Notes: generated by a model not told the origin, from the sequence alone. A stretch of DNA of 64,000 bases from Spirochaetia bacterium (GCA_965203515.1 OZ241907.1:1056001-1120000), one strand, 5' to 3'. Numbered from the stretch's first letter, positions 29,419-40,269 are shown. Numbers and translations are program-made.

Positions 29419-29460
29419 TGGGGCCGGAGATGAGGGGGCCGGAGATGAAGGAGGCGAGGA

Positions 29461-29784
29461 GTGCCGGCGCGTAGCCGCGATCCGTACCGCGACCTCAAGG
29501 CCGCGCACGGCCGGCCGGCGCGCCCGCCGCGCCGCGCCGCGGCGCTGCAGGACGAGATGACCCGGCTGGCCCGACAGGCGTTGCGCGCCGCGCTCGACCT
29601 TACCCGCGACGAAGAACTGGACTGCGGCGAGTGCCACGAGCTGCTCGACCGGTTCGCGGAGCTGCACGCCGCCGGCCGGGACGTGCGCGCGCTGCTGCCG
29701 CTGGTCTACCTCCACCTGCAGGCGTGCGGCGACTGCTTCGAGGAGTTCGAGGCGCTGCGCCGCGTGGTCGCCGCCCGGCGATGA
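29461..29784 (+). CDS. Small zinc-binding anti-sigma-like protein
   Basis: CGEC and HLQACGDC (HxxxCxxC) directly downstream of the ECF sigma; start uncertain. Confidence 0.7.
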   Translation: MPARSRDPYRDLKAAHGRPARPPRRAAALQDEMTRLARQALRAALDLTRDEELDCGECHELLDRFAELHAAGRDVRALLPLVYLHLQACGDCFEEFEALRRVVAARR

Positions 29785-30545
29785 CCGCCCCGAACCGACA
29801 GGTACGGCCGGACCGGCAGGTACGGCTGGTGCTGGCGGGACCGCGCGACGGGCGCAACGTCGGCTCGGTCTGCCGGGCGATGAAGACGATGGGGCTGCGC
29901 GACCTCTACATCGTCGCCGGCGACTTCGACCCCAGCGACGCGCGCGCGGCGGCCGTGCACGCCGCCGACGTGTTCGATGCCGCGCCGCGCCCGCGCTCCC
30001 TGCCGGAGGCGATCGCCGACTGCGACGAGGCGATCGCCGTCAGCCGCCGCCGCGGCAAGCGCCGCAAGCTGGCGCCGATGCCGCTTTCCCGCCTGCCGGA
30101 GCATCTGGCCGCCCGCGGTCCGGGCGTCACCGCGCTGGTCTTCGGCACCGAGGCGACCGGCCTCCGCGACGAGGAGATCGCCTGCTGCACCGGGATGCTG
30201 TCGATCCCGACCCATCCCGACTTCCCCTCGCTGAACCTCTCGCACGCGGCGCAGATCGTCGCCTACGAACTGTTTCGCGCCCGCGGCCGGCACGTCCCGG
30301 CCCGCTACTACGAACCGGTCGCCCTCAAGCAGGTCGACGCCGCGCTCGACCCGCTGCTCGACCTGCTGGTCGGCATCGACTTCTTCCGCCAGGCCGGCCC
30401 GGACGAACTGCGCGTGTTCCTGCGCGACATCCTGTCTCGGGCGGGGCTGGCCGCCGCCGAGTGCGAGCGGCTGCAGACGCTCTTCCACAGCATGCGGGGC
30501 ATCGTGCTGCACCGCCCCGCGCGGCACCCTGCATCGGGCGACTGA
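29781..30545 (+). CDS. TrmJ/LasT family SPOUT RNA methyltransferase
   Basis: NVGSVCRAMKTMG, ALVFGTEATGL, PSLNLSHA. Confidence 0.9.
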   Translation: MTAPNRQVRPDRQVRLVLAGPRDGRNVGSVCRAMKTMGLRDLYIVAGDFDPSDARAAAVHAADVFDAAPRPRSLPEAIADCDEAIAVSRRRGKRRKLAPMPLSRLPEHLAARGPGVTALVFGTEATGLRDEEIACCTGMLSIPTHPDFPSLNLSHAAQIVAYELFRARGRHVPARYYEPVALKQVDAALDPLLDLLVGIDFFRQAGPDELRVFLRDILSRAGLAAAECERLQTLFHSMRGIVLHRPARHPASGD

Positions 30546-30548
30546 GCG

Positions 30549-31652
30549 ATGGGCTACCGACTGCGCGACGCCGGCGACCTGCCCAGCCCGGCGCTGCTGA
30601 TCGACCTGGACCGGTTCGACCGCAACGCCGACCGGGTGATCGCCATGGCCGGATCGCCGGATCGGGTCTGGCCGCACGTCAAGACCCAGAAGTCGGCCGA
30701 CCTGACGCGCCGCCTGATGCGGCGCGGCTTTCGCCGGTTCAAGTGCACGACGATCGCCGAGGCGGAGATGCTGGCCGGCGTGGAGGCCCGGGAGGCGCTG
30801 ATCGCCTACCAGCTTCTGGGACCGAACCCGCGCCGGCTGGCGGAACTGGCCCGCCGCCATCCCGGCACGCGGTTTTCGACGCTGGTCGACGACCCCGGCC
30901 CACTGCGCGCGGTGTCGGCGGCGGCCGCCGCGGCCGGGGTCACGATCGGCGTCATGCTCGACGTCGACCTGGGCATGCACCGGACCGGCGTCGCGCCGGA
31001 CGGCGACGCGGCGGTCGCCCTCTACCGGCTCATCGCCGGCCTGCCGGGCGTCGAGCCGGTCGGCCTGCACGGCTACGACGGCCACAACCATCAGCGGAGC
31101 CGCGGCGAGCGCGACGCCGCCTGCGATCGGGGGGCCGCTTCGATCGCGGCGCTGCGGGATCGGCTGCGGGCGGCCGGCCTGCCGGTGCCGCGGCGCATCA
31201 TGGGCGGCACGCCCACCTTTCCCTGCCACGCCCGGCAGCCGGACGCGGAGCTGTCTCCCGGCACCTGCTTCCTGCACGATCAGGGCTACGCCGACCTGTT
31301 CCCGGACCTGACGTTCGAGCACGCGGCGCTGTTGTTCACGCGGGTGCTGAGCGCCTCCACGCCCGGGTACGTGACCTTCGACCTGGGCAACAAGGCGATC
31401 GCCGCCGACCCGCGCGGCGAGCGGGGCCGCTTTCTGGCCATCCCCGGCACGCGCACCCTGGTCCACAATGAGGAGCACTGGTTGCTGGCGGTCTCTCCCG
31501 ACCTGCGCTTCCGGGTCGGCGAGGAGCACTACGTGGTGCCCGCGCACGTCTGCCCGTGCGTGGCGCTGCACCGGCAGTTCCTTGCCGTGCAGGACGGCCG
31601 CGTGCGGGCGGCGTGGGAGGTGACCGCCCGCGACCGCGCGCTGACCGTCTGA
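30549..31652 (+). CDS. D-threonine aldolase/D-serine dehydratase-like PLP enzyme
   Basis: SPALLID, PHVKT, GMHRTG, YDGH, HVCP. Confidence 0.88.
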   Translation: MGYRLRDAGDLPSPALLIDLDRFDRNADRVIAMAGSPDRVWPHVKTQKSADLTRRLMRRGFRRFKCTTIAEAEMLAGVEAREALIAYQLLGPNPRRLAELARRHPGTRFSTLVDDPGPLRAVSAAAAAAGVTIGVMLDVDLGMHRTGVAPDGDAAVALYRLIAGLPGVEPVGLHGYDGHNHQRSRGERDAACDRGAASIAALRDRLRAAGLPVPRRIMGGTPTFPCHARQPDAELSPGTCFLHDQGYADLFPDLTFEHAALLFTRVLSASTPGYVTFDLGNKAIAADPRGERGRFLAIPGTRTLVHNEEHWLLAVSPDLRFRVGEEHYVVPAHVCPCVALHRQFLAVQDGRVRAAWEVTARDRALTV

Positions 31653-31809
31653 CGGCCGGCCGATATCCTGAGCGCCGCCGGCGGCCTCTTGGCAATGTCT
31701 ATGCGAGCGTCTGTACGAGACGCAGTTCCGTCGGTAAGATGCGCGGGCCGGCTGTCCCGCACGCGCGGAGGGCCGAGCAGCGAAGACCAGACCCGAAGAG
31801 GATGGAGCG

Positions 31810-32685
31810 TTGAGCACGAGTTCACAGTTCGCGGCGCCACGAACCCTGGATGAGGCGACGGCCCTGCTGGCGCGGCACGGCTCCGCCGCCCGCGTGGTGG
31901 CCGGAGCCACCGACCTGATGGTGCAGGTGCGCATTGCGGGCGACTACCCCGAACACTATGTCGATATCAAGCATGTCCCCGAAGTCAACGTGATCGACCT
32001 GCAGGCCGATCACCTGCAGCTCGGCGCGGCGGTCTCCTGCGCCGCGTTGAGCGAACGGGACGACGTCCGCGCGGCCTTTCCCGGCCTGGTGGAGTCGGCG
32101 GAGCTGATCGGCTCCACGCAGATACAGAGCCGCGCCACCCTGGGCGGCAACCTGTGCAACGCCAGCCCGGCCGCCGACACGGTGCCGGCGCTGATGGCGC
32201 TCGACGCGCAGGCGGTGATCGCCGGTCCGGGAGGAACGCGCACGGTCCGGGTGACCGACGTGCCGACCGGCCCCGGCGCCACCTCGCTGGCGGCCGGCGA
32301 GATCGTCGTCGCGTTCCGCATCCCCGTGCCGCCGGCCCGCTCGGCCGACGCGTACCAGCGGTTCATCCCGCGCACGGAGATGGATATCGCCGTGGTCGGC
32401 GTGGGAGTGAGCGTGACCCTGGACGCGGCCGGCGTCTGCACGGCGGCGCGGGTCGCGCTCGGCGCGGTCGCTCCCACCGCGTTCGTCGCCCAGGAAGCGG
32501 GCGCCGCCCTGACCGGCACCGATCTGGGCGATGCGGCGCTGGCGGAGGCGGGGCGGCGGGCGTCGGCTGCGGCGCGGCCGATCAGCGACCGCCGCGGCAC
32601 CGTCGAGTTCCGGCACGACGTGACCGAGGTATTGACCCGCCGCACCGCGGCCGCGGCGCGCGACCGCGCGCTGGCGCGAACCTGA
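31810..32685 (+). CDS. Xanthine dehydrogenase family FAD-binding subunit
   Basis: AGATDL, IGSTQIQSRATLGGNLCNASPAAD, PISDRRG. Confidence 0.92.
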   Translation: MSTSSQFAAPRTLDEATALLARHGSAARVVAGATDLMVQVRIAGDYPEHYVDIKHVPEVNVIDLQADHLQLGAAVSCAALSERDDVRAAFPGLVESAELIGSTQIQSRATLGGNLCNASPAADTVPALMALDAQAVIAGPGGTRTVRVTDVPTGPGATSLAAGEIVVAFRIPVPPARSADAYQRFIPRTEMDIAVVGVGVSVTLDAAGVCTAARVALGAVAPTAFVAQEAGAALTGTDLGDAALAEAGRRASAAARPISDRRGTVEFRHDVTEVLTRRTAAAARDRALART

Positions 32686-32725
32686 TGCGCGACAGCCTGA
32701 CAACGCGAGAGAGGAATCAGAACGA

Positions 32726-33196
32726 ATGGCCAAGATTCACGTAGAGACGACCGTCAACGGCGACCCGACCGAGTTCCTGTGTGAGGCGCACCAGAGCCTC
32801 TCCGAGGTGCTGCGGGAGGATCTGCACCTGTTCGGCACCAAGGAAGGCTGCACCACCGGCGACTGCGGCGCGTGCACCGTCGTGCTGGACGGCCGCATCG
32901 TCTGCTCCTGTCTGGTGCTCGCCGCCGAAGCGCAGGAGAAGAGCATCGACACGATCGAGGGGGTCGCCGACGGCGAGCATCTGCATCCCCTGCAGGAGGC
33001 GTTCCTGGAGAACGCGGCGCTGCAGTGCGGCGTGTGCACGCCGGGCTTCATCGTCGCCGCCAAGAACCTGCTGGAACGGAACCCGAATCCGTCCGAGCAG
33101 GAGATCCGCTACTGGCTGGCCGGCAACCTGTGCCGCTGCACCGGCTACGACAAGATCATTCGCGCGGTGCAGCAAGCCGCCGCGGCAATCGGGTAG
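32726..33196 (+). CDS. Xanthine dehydrogenase family (2Fe-2S) subunit
   Basis: [30 protein letters not shown]. Confidence 0.94.
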   Translation: MAKIHVETTVNGDPTEFLCEAHQSLSEVLREDLHLFGTKEGCTTGDCGACTVVLDGRIVCSCLVLAAEAQEKSIDTIEGVADGEHLHPLQEAFLENAALQCGVCTPGFIVAAKNLLERNPNPSEQEIRYWLAGNLCRCTGYDKIIRAVQQAAAAIG

Positions 33197-33210
33197 GAGG
33201 TAGGAAACCC

Positions 33211-35517
33211 ATGGCTCAGACGAACGGCAAGGACGGCTCCGGCAACGGCTTCAAGGTTCTCGGCACCCGGCCGGTCCGCCACGACGGCCTCGACAAGGTG
33301 ACCGGGCACGCCAACTACGGCGCCGACCTGGCGCTGCCCGGCATGCTGTACGCGAAGTTCGTGCGCAGCCCGCACGCGCACGCGCGCATCCGGTCGATCG
33401 ACGCCTCCGGGGCGGAGGCGATGCCCGGCGTCAAGGCGGTGGTGACCGGCGCCGACTTCCCGCCGCCGCCGGTCGGCATCGCCGAGTCGGGCGAGACGCC
33501 GGCCGACTTTTCCGACCTGGCGCGCAACGTGATGGCGCAGGACAAGGCGCTCTATCACGGCCACGCGATCGCCGCCGTGGCGGCGACCACCGTCCGGCAG
33601 GCCGAGGAGGCGGTCAAGCGGGTCGCCGTCGAGTACGACGTGCTGCCGCCGGTGCTCGACGTGCGCGACGCCATGCGCGACGACGCGCCGGTGCTGCACG
33701 AGTCGATGCGCACCAGGGGGCTCGCCGATGCTCCCGACCGCCCCACCAACGTCGCCAGCTATTCGGTCTACGAGCTGGGCGACGTCGAGGCCGGGTTCGC
33801 GGCGGCCGACGTGGTGATCGAGCGCGAGCACACCGTGAACACGGTCCATCAGGGCTACATCGAGCCGCACGCCGCGGTGGTGCGCACCAGCGAGGACGGC
33901 CAGGTGACGATCTGGGCGTCCAGCCAGGGTCACTTCATGATCCGCGAGCTCTGCGCGCAGCTCCTGCACCTCGACATCTCCCAGATCAAGGTGATCCCCG
34001 CCGAGATCGGCGGCGGCTTCGGCGGCAAGACCACCGTCTACCTGGAGCCGGTCGGCATCCTGCTGTCGCGCAAGACCGACCGGCCGGTGAAGCTGGTGAT
34101 GACGCGCGACGAGGTCTTTCGCGCCTCCGGTCCGGCGCCGGCCTCCTACATCCGCTGCAAGCTCGGCGCCACCCGGGACGGCCGGCTGACCGCCGGCACC
34201 GCCTACATGGCGTACGAGGCGGGCGCCTTCCCGGGCTCCGCGGTCGGCGCCGGCATGATGGGCATCTTCGCCCCGTACGATCTGGCCAACCTCAAGATCG
34301 AAGGCTACGACGTGTGCGTGAACAAGCCCAAGTCGACCGCGTACCGGGCGCCGGGGGCTCCCAACGCCACCTTCTCCGCGGAGACGATCCTGGAGGAGAT
34401 CGCCGCCAAGCTCGGCATCGAATCGATCGACATCCGGCTGCGCAACGCCGCGACCGAAGGCGTGGTCAACGCCACCGGCGTGGCGTGGCCGCGCATCGGC
34501 CTGCAGGAGACGCTGGAGGCGGCGCGGGATCATCCCCACTACGGCGCGCCGCTCGGACCCAACCAGGGGCGCGGCGTCGCCGCCGGTTGGTGGATGAACG
34601 CCGGCGGGCTGTCGTCGGCGACGCTGCAGATCAACGAGGACGGCACCGCCTCGGTCGCCGAGGGGAGCCCGGACATCGGCGGTACGCGCGCGGTGATGGC
34701 GATGATCGTCTCCGAGGAGCTGGGGATTCCGGTCGACAAGGTGCGCCCGCTGGTGGCCGACACCGAATCGGTCGCCTACACCGGCGTCACCGGCGGCAGC
34801 CGCGTCGCCTACGCCACCGGCTGGGCGGTCACCAACGCCTGCCGCGACGCGATCCGGCAGATGCGCGAGTGCGCGGCCAAGATCTGGGACGTCGACGCCG
34901 GCCGGGTCGAGTGGTCCGACGGCAAGGCGGTCCTGACCGGCGGCGGCAAGGAGCTGACCCTCAAGGAGATCGTCGCCGAGGCGCACGCCACCGGCGGCAT
35001 GATCACCTCCGCCAGCTCGATCAACGCGCCCGGCGCGGCGGCCGCCTTCGGGACGCACGTCGCCGACGTCGAAGTCGACCCGGAGACCGGCCGCGTGCTG
35101 GTCACCCGCTACACGGTGTGCCAGGACGCCGGCAAGGCGCTGCATCCGTCCTACGTCGAGGGACAGATGCAGGGCGGCGCCGCGCAGGGCATCGGTTGGG
35201 CGATCAACGAAGAATACCTGTTTAGTGCCGACGGCGTGATGGAGAACGCCGGCTTCCTCGATTACCGGATGCCGGTAGCCCTGGACCTGCCGATGATCGA
35301 CACCGTGATCGTGGAGGTGCCAAACCCCCGGCATCCGTACGGGGTGCGCGGCGTGGGCGAGGTGCCGATCGTCCCGCCCCTGGCGGCGATCGCCAACGCG
35401 ATCTACGCGGCGGTCGGCGTACGCATGACCGCCTGCCCGATGTCGCCGCCGCGCGTGCTCGCGGCGCTCAAGGCGAACCGGGCGCGCGCGCCGCAGCACG
35501 CGGCCGCGGCCGGGTAG
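33211..35517 (+). CDS. Xanthine dehydrogenase family molybdopterin-binding subunit
   Basis: KVTGHANY, HQGYIEPH, IGGGFGGK, AYRAPG, TGGSR, EGQMQGG, GVGEVP. Confidence 0.94.
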   Translation: MAQTNGKDGSGNGFKVLGTRPVRHDGLDKVTGHANYGADLALPGMLYAKFVRSPHAHARIRSIDASGAEAMPGVKAVVTGADFPPPPVGIAESGETPADFSDLARNVMAQDKALYHGHAIAAVAATTVRQAEEAVKRVAVEYDVLPPVLDVRDAMRDDAPVLHESMRTRGLADAPDRPTNVASYSVYELGDVEAGFAAADVVIEREHTVNTVHQGYIEPHAAVVRTSEDGQVTIWASSQGHFMIRELCAQLLHLDISQIKVIPAEIGGGFGGKTTVYLEPVGILLSRKTDRPVKLVMTRDEVFRASGPAPASYIRCKLGATRDGRLTAGTAYMAYEAGAFPGSAVGAGMMGIFAPYDLANLKIEGYDVCVNKPKSTAYRAPGAPNATFSAETILEEIAAKLGIESIDIRLRNAATEGVVNATGVAWPRIGLQETLEAARDHPHYGAPLGPNQGRGVAAGWWMNAGGLSSATLQINEDGTASVAEGSPDIGGTRAVMAMIVSEELGIPVDKVRPLVADTESVAYTGVTGGSRVAYATGWAVTNACRDAIRQMRECAAKIWDVDAGRVEWSDGKAVLTGGGKELTLKEIVAEAHATGGMITSASSINAPGAAAAFGTHVADVEVDPETGRVLVTRYTVCQDAGKALHPSYVEGQMQGGAAQGIGWAINEEYLFSADGVMENAGFLDYRMPVALDLPMIDTVIVEVPNPRHPYGVRGVGEVPIVPPLAAIANAIYAAVGVRMTACPMSPPRVLAALKANRARAPQHAAAAG

Positions 35518-35551
35518 GGCGGGGTCAGGCGCGGCGGGACGGCGTAGCGGC

Positions 35552-35806
35552 GTGCGGGTCGAGATTCCTGCCCGCTTCCGGACCTTCACCGGCGGCGTGG
35601 CCGAGGTGGAGAGTTCGGCGGCGACCGTGCGCGCGCTGATCGACGAGTTGGACGCGCGGTTTCCCGGCCTCGGCCGGGAGCTGCGCCTCACCTCCGCGGT
35701 CGCCGTCGACGGCGACATCATCGCCGACAATCTCCGGGCGGCGTCGCTCAAGCGGATCGATCGGGCGGAACGGATCCTGTTCGTGCCGGCCGTGAGCGGC
35801 GGCTGA
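35552..35806 (+). CDS. MoaD/ThiS family sulfur carrier
   Basis: 84 aa ending VPAVSGG. Confidence 0.88.
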   Translation: MRVEIPARFRTFTGGVAEVESSAATVRALIDELDARFPGLGRELRLTSAVAVDGDIIADNLRAASLKRIDRAERILFVPAVSGG

Positions 35807-35810
35807 CCGG

Positions 35811-36461
35811 GTGCTCGATCGAACGGCGCCGGCGGTCGAGGGACCGGCGGTCAAGGGGCCGCCGGCGACGCTCAAGCCGCACGCCGGCCGGCGCAAGGCG
35901 GCGGTGTTGCTGACGGCGCTGGGACCGGAGGCTGCGTCTTCGGTCTTCGAGCACCTGCGCGAGGACGAGGTGGAGCAGCTCTCCGCGGAGATGGCCGGCC
36001 TGCAGGCCGGCCTGCAGTCGATCGCCGCGGAGGAGCGCGACGACGTGCTGATGGAGCTGGGCGAGCAGGTGGCCGCCAACCGCTGGGCGGCGGTCGAGGG
36101 TCCGCGCCACGCCGGCGAGCTGCCCGCCGGCTCCGCCCGGTCGCCGTACCCGGTCGCCGTCCCGGTCACGGCCACGCCGGCCGCCCTGTTGCGCCAGGTG
36201 CGCGGCACCGCCCCCGAACGGCTGCACCGCCTGCTCCGCTACGCCCCGATCGACACGATCGCGCTCATACTGGCGCACCTCGACCCGGCGGACGCCTGCA
36301 CCGTGCTCGGCAACCTGCCGGTCACGACCCAGGCGGACGTGGCCGAACGGATCGCCGCGTTGGACCGCACGGCTCCCGAGCTGGTGCGCGAGGCGGCCCG
36401 GATGCTCGACGCCGCCGAACCCGCCGCCGCCGGGCCTGCCGCCGCCGGGCCTGCCGCATGA
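35811..36461 (+). CDS. Short FliG-like protein
   Basis: KAAVLLTALGPEAASSVFEHL..DEVEQLSAEM (FliG-N) and TIALILAHLDP..QADVAERIAALDRTAPE (FliG-M). Confidence 0.7.
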   Translation: MLDRTAPAVEGPAVKGPPATLKPHAGRRKAAVLLTALGPEAASSVFEHLREDEVEQLSAEMAGLQAGLQSIAAEERDDVLMELGEQVAANRWAAVEGPRHAGELPAGSARSPYPVAVPVTATPAALLRQVRGTAPERLHRLLRYAPIDTIALILAHLDPADACTVLGNLPVTTQADVAERIAALDRTAPELVREAARMLDAAEPAAAGPAAAGPAA

Positions 36462-37201
36462 CCGGCGTGCGGGCGCGGCTGCTGGCGCTGCTCGCCGGGG
36501 TCGCCGCCGGCGGCGTGGCGGTGGCGGAGCCGTTCGCGGTGGTGGAGCTCTTCACCTCGCAGGGGTGCAGCTCGTGTCCCGGCGCGGAGGCGGTGCTGCG
36601 CGACCTGAGCGCCCACGCGCGCGAGTCCGGCCGGCGCGTCTTTCCGATCGAGTGGCACGTCGACTACTGGGACCGCCTGGGCTGGCCCGACCCGTTCGGC
36701 GACCCGGACTACACGCGCCGCCAACGGCGCTACGCGCGAGCTCTCGGCGAGCGCACGATCTACACGCCGCAGATCATCGTCAACGGGACCGCCGTGGTGC
36801 GGCCGGCGCAACGGCGGCAACTCGTCTTCGACGCGATGGAGTCGGCGCTCGCCGCACCGGCGAAGGCGGACGTGTCGCTGACCGCCGACCTGGCGGACGG
36901 ATCGCTGCGGGTGACCTACGCGGTGCGCGATGCCCCGCGGCGCGCCGCCATGGTGCTGATCGTCGTCGAGCGCGGCCTGGGCAATCACGTGCCGCGCGGG
37001 GAGAACGCGGGCAGGACGCTCCGCCATGACGAGGTCGCGCGGGCGCTCCACGACCTGGGCAGGATCGGGCGGCAGGCGTCCGGCACCGCCGATCTGGCGC
37101 TGCCGGACGAGGTCGACGCGGCGAAGGCGTCCGTGATCGCCATCGTGCACGACGCCGTCACCCAGGAGATCCTGGGCGCCGCCGGCGTCGATCTGGCGTA
37201 A
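36458..37201 (+). CDS. DUF1223 thioredoxin-like secreted protein
   Basis: VVELFTSQGCSSCP, HVDYWD, YTPQ, GENAGR. Confidence 0.92.
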   Translation: MTGVRARLLALLAGVAAGGVAVAEPFAVVELFTSQGCSSCPGAEAVLRDLSAHARESGRRVFPIEWHVDYWDRLGWPDPFGDPDYTRRQRRYARALGERTIYTPQIIVNGTAVVRPAQRRQLVFDAMESALAAPAKADVSLTADLADGSLRVTYAVRDAPRRAAMVLIVVERGLGNHVPRGENAGRTLRHDEVARALHDLGRIGRQASGTADLALPDEVDAAKASVIAIVHDAVTQEILGAAGVDLA

Positions 37202-37206
37202 GTTCC

Positions 37207-38445
37207 CTGACCGATCACCGCGTCGATTCGTACCGTACGCGCTTCGGCCTGCTGATCGGCGCGTTCGCCCTGTTCGGGGCGGGCATGACCCTGTTCGAGA
37301 TCAACTTTCCGCACTTCCTGCGCGGTCAGTTTCAGATGGGCGCCGGGTTCCGCAGCTTCCTGGAGTTCCCGCGCGAGTCGCAGGGCTTCGCCGTGGTCTT
37401 CTACGCGGTGCTGATGGGGGCGGCGACCGAGCGGCGGCTGTTCGCGCTGTCGGCGGCGGTGACCGCGGCCGGCATGACGGCGCTGGCGCTGCTGCCGGCG
37501 CGCGCCATCCCGGACTCGATCGCCGGTCTGGCGCCGGCGCTGCCGCTCATCGGCCTGATGATGGTGCACAGCGCCGGCATGCACCTGGCGATGGTCATGG
37601 AGCAGTCGATCATCATCGAGTCCGGGGAACTGGACGGCGCCGGGCGGCGGCTCGGCTGGGTCGCCTTCTGGCGGACGATCGCCGCGCTGGCCGCGGCGCT
37701 CGCCATCCTGGGGATCGGAGCGCTGTTCGACGTCGGCTACCGGCCCTACTTCATCGCCGGGGCGGCGCTGTCGCTGGCCGCCGCGGCGCTCATCCTGGCC
37801 GCCGCGCGCGGCCATCCGGGCGCCCGCGGCAGCCGCCGGCGCCTGCGGTTCGAGCGCCGGTTCAACCGCTACTACCTGCTGTGCGCGCTGTTCGGCGTGC
37901 GCAAGCAGGTCTTCATCACCTTCGCGCTGTGGGCGCTGGTGACGATCTACGAGCAGCCGCTCAGCACCGTGGCGCTGCTCTGGTTCCTGTTCTCGGCCGC
38001 CGGGTTGGTCACGCAGCCGCTGATCGGCGCGGTCATCGATCGCGTGGGCCCGCGTCTCACCCTGACCGTCGACGCGCTGCTGCTGGTGGTGGTCTGCCTG
38101 CTGTACGGATTCGCGGAGCGCCTGTTCGTCCCCGGCGCGGCGATCGTCGTGGTCGGCGCCACCTACGTGCTCGACCACCTGCTCTTCTTCGCCGGGTCGG
38201 CGCGCGCGGTCTACGCCGGCAGCGTCACCTCCGGCCGCGCCGACCTGTCGCCGACGCTGTCGATGGGGGTGACGATCGACCACGTCTTCTCGATGTCGGT
38301 GCCGCTCGCCGGCGGCGTGCTCTGGAAGGCGTTCGGCTACGAGTTCGTCTTTCTGGCGGCGGCCGCGATCGCCGGCGTGACCGCCGTGGTCGCCGCCGGC
38401 ATCCGCGCCCCCCGGCCGGAAGCCGAACCGGTCAGCCGCGCCTGA
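37207..38445 (+). CDS. MFS transporter
   Basis: Many hydrophobic helices, GAVIDRVGPR loop; first ATG at 37285 falls within the first helix, in-frame CTG at 37207. Confidence 0.82.
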   Translation: MTDHRVDSYRTRFGLLIGAFALFGAGMTLFEINFPHFLRGQFQMGAGFRSFLEFPRESQGFAVVFYAVLMGAATERRLFALSAAVTAAGMTALALLPARAIPDSIAGLAPALPLIGLMMVHSAGMHLAMVMEQSIIIESGELDGAGRRLGWVAFWRTIAALAAALAILGIGALFDVGYRPYFIAGAALSLAAAALILAAARGHPGARGSRRRLRFERRFNRYYLLCALFGVRKQVFITFALWALVTIYEQPLSTVALLWFLFSAAGLVTQPLIGAVIDRVGPRLTLTVDALLLVVVCLLYGFAERLFVPGAAIVVVGATYVLDHLLFFAGSARAVYAGSVTSGRADLSPTLSMGVTIDHVFSMSVPLAGGVLWKAFGYEFVFLAAAAIAGVTAVVAAGIRAPRPEAEPVSRA

Positions 38446-38525
38446 GCGCCGATCACACAGAACGGCGCGGCGCTATCGCCGGTGCGCTATCGCCGGCCGG
38501 CGCCGGTCTGACGTAGAATGGATGC

Positions 38526-39659
38526 GTGAACGACTCGAAAGCACGGCGAAGCGATCGCCGACTACTGCGCCCGCTCCGGCCGGCGTGGCTGGGAATCGTC
38601 GGCTCGGCGGCCTTGCTGGCCGTCGCGTGCCAGGCCGACGAAGGGGCAGCGGCCGACGACCGGGCCGCGATCGACGACGCGGCCGCGGCCGACCTGGGGC
38701 CCGGCCTGTATGCGGTGATGGAGACCGACCGCGGCACGATCGTCCTGCGGCTGGAGCACGAGCTGGTGCCGCTGACGGTCGCCAACTTCGTCGGCCTGGC
38801 GGAAGGGACCATCGACTTCACCGGCAAGAGAGCCGGGCCCTTCTACGACGGCATCACCTTTCACCGCGTGGTCGACGACTTCATGATCCAGGGAGGGGAC
38901 CCGACCGGCACCGGCCGCGGCGAGCCCGGCTACCGGTTCGCGGACGAGTTCCATCCGTCGCTGCGCCATGACCGCCCCGGCACCCTGTCGATGGCCAACT
39001 CCGGCCCGAACACCAACGGCAGCCAGTTCTTCATCACCCACGTGGAGACGCCGTGGCTCGACGACCGCCACGCCGTGTTCGGCTACGTGGTCACCGGCCA
39101 GGAGGTGGTCGACGCGATCCGCCAGGGCGACACGATCGAGGCCGTGCGCATTCTGCGCGTCGGGTCGGCCGCCGAGGCGTTCCGGGTCGACCAGCCGATG
39201 TTCGACGAGCTGCGCAGCGGCGGCCAGGCGCGGTCGGCCGAGCTGGCGGCCGCCGCCCGCGCCGAGGCGGACGCCGAGGTGCGCCGCCGCTGGCCCGGCG
39301 CGACGGTGACGGAATCGGGCCTCCGCTTCCTGGTGGAGCAGCCGGGCGAAGGGGATGAACGGCCCGGCGCCCGCACCTATGTGGCAGTCCACTACGTCGG
39401 CAACCTGCTGGACGGAACGGTATTCGACAGCTCGCGCGACCGCGGCGAGCCGGCGGTCTTTCGGGTCAACCAGGTGATCCCCGGTTGGCAGGAGGCGTTG
39501 CAGGACATGCGGCGCGGCGAGCGGCGCACGCTGATCGTGCCGCCGGAGCTCGCCTACGGCGACCGCGGCGTCCCGCAGGCGGGAATACCGCCCGACGCCT
39601 ACCTCGTGTTCGACGTCGAGCTGCTGCGGTTTCCGGTCGATGCGCCCGGTGGAGGCTAG
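38526..39659 (+). CDS. Cyclophilin-FKBP fusion peptidyl-prolyl isomerase, lipoprotein
   Basis: LAVAC lipobox; [55 protein letters not shown]. Confidence 0.94.
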   Translation: MNDSKARRSDRRLLRPLRPAWLGIVGSAALLAVACQADEGAAADDRAAIDDAAAADLGPGLYAVMETDRGTIVLRLEHELVPLTVANFVGLAEGTIDFTGKRAGPFYDGITFHRVVDDFMIQGGDPTGTGRGEPGYRFADEFHPSLRHDRPGTLSMANSGPNTNGSQFFITHVETPWLDDRHAVFGYVVTGQEVVDAIRQGDTIEAVRILRVGSAAEAFRVDQPMFDELRSGGQARSAELAAAARAEADAEVRRRWPGATVTESGLRFLVEQPGEGDERPGARTYVAVHYVGNLLDGTVFDSSRDRGEPAVFRVNQVIPGWQEALQDMRRGERRTLIVPPELAYGDRGVPQAGIPPDAYLVFDVELLRFPVDAPGGG

Positions 39660-40269
39660 CGGTCGGTCGTCCCGAACGCTGGACAAGGCGCAGATCGCGG
39701 CCCTGCCGCTCGGATCGTTTCCCGGCGCGATCCACGTCGCCGACTCGCCCAAGGCGGTGGCCGCGGCGCTCACGGCGTTGGACGGCGTCGGCGTGCTGGG
39801 CCTGGACACCGAGACGCGGCCCTCGTTCAAGCGGGGCGAGCGCCATCCGGTCGCCGTCCTGCAGCTCGCCTCCGCCGATCAGGCGGTGCTGGTGCAGCTC
39901 CACTGGGCCGGGCTGCCGCCGCCGTTGCGCGAGCTGTTGGAGTCGGAGCGGATCGTCAAGGCGGCGCAGGCGCCGGCGGATGAGTTGCGCTCGCTCCGCA
40001 GCATCTACGGCGTATCCCCGCGCGGCGTGGTCGACGTGGGCCGCATCGTGCGCGACGCCGGCTACGCGCCCAGCAGCGTACGCGGGCAGGCCGCGCACTT
40101 CCTGGGCATCCGCATCTCCAAGAGCGCCCAGGTGTCGAATTGGGCCGGCCGCCGGCTGAGCCCGGCGCAGCAGCGGTACGCGGCCACGGACGCCTGGGTC
40201 TGCCGGCAGAGCTATCTGGCACTGCGGGCGGCCAGCGGCCAGACGGCCGGCGGCGAAGCGGCGCGGTGA
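39640..40269 (+). CDS. 3'-5' exonuclease (DEDDy, WRN/RNase D-like)
   Basis: [19 protein letters not shown]. Confidence 0.9.
   Translation: MRPVEASGRSSRTLDKAQIAALPLGSFPGAIHVADSPKAVAAALTALDGVGVLGLDTETRPSFKRGERHPVAVLQLASADQAVLVQLHWAGLPPPLRELLESERIVKAAQAPADELRSLRSIYGVSPRGVVDVGRIVRDAGYAPSSVRGQAAHFLGIRISKSAQVSNWAGRRLSPAQQRYAATDAWVCRQSYLALRAASGQTAGGEAAR

Noticed and set aside
33211..35517. Aerobic CO dehydrogenase large subunit
   Set aside because: It has AYRAPG rather than AYxCSFR (form I) or AYxGAGR (form II); the substrate cannot be assigned.
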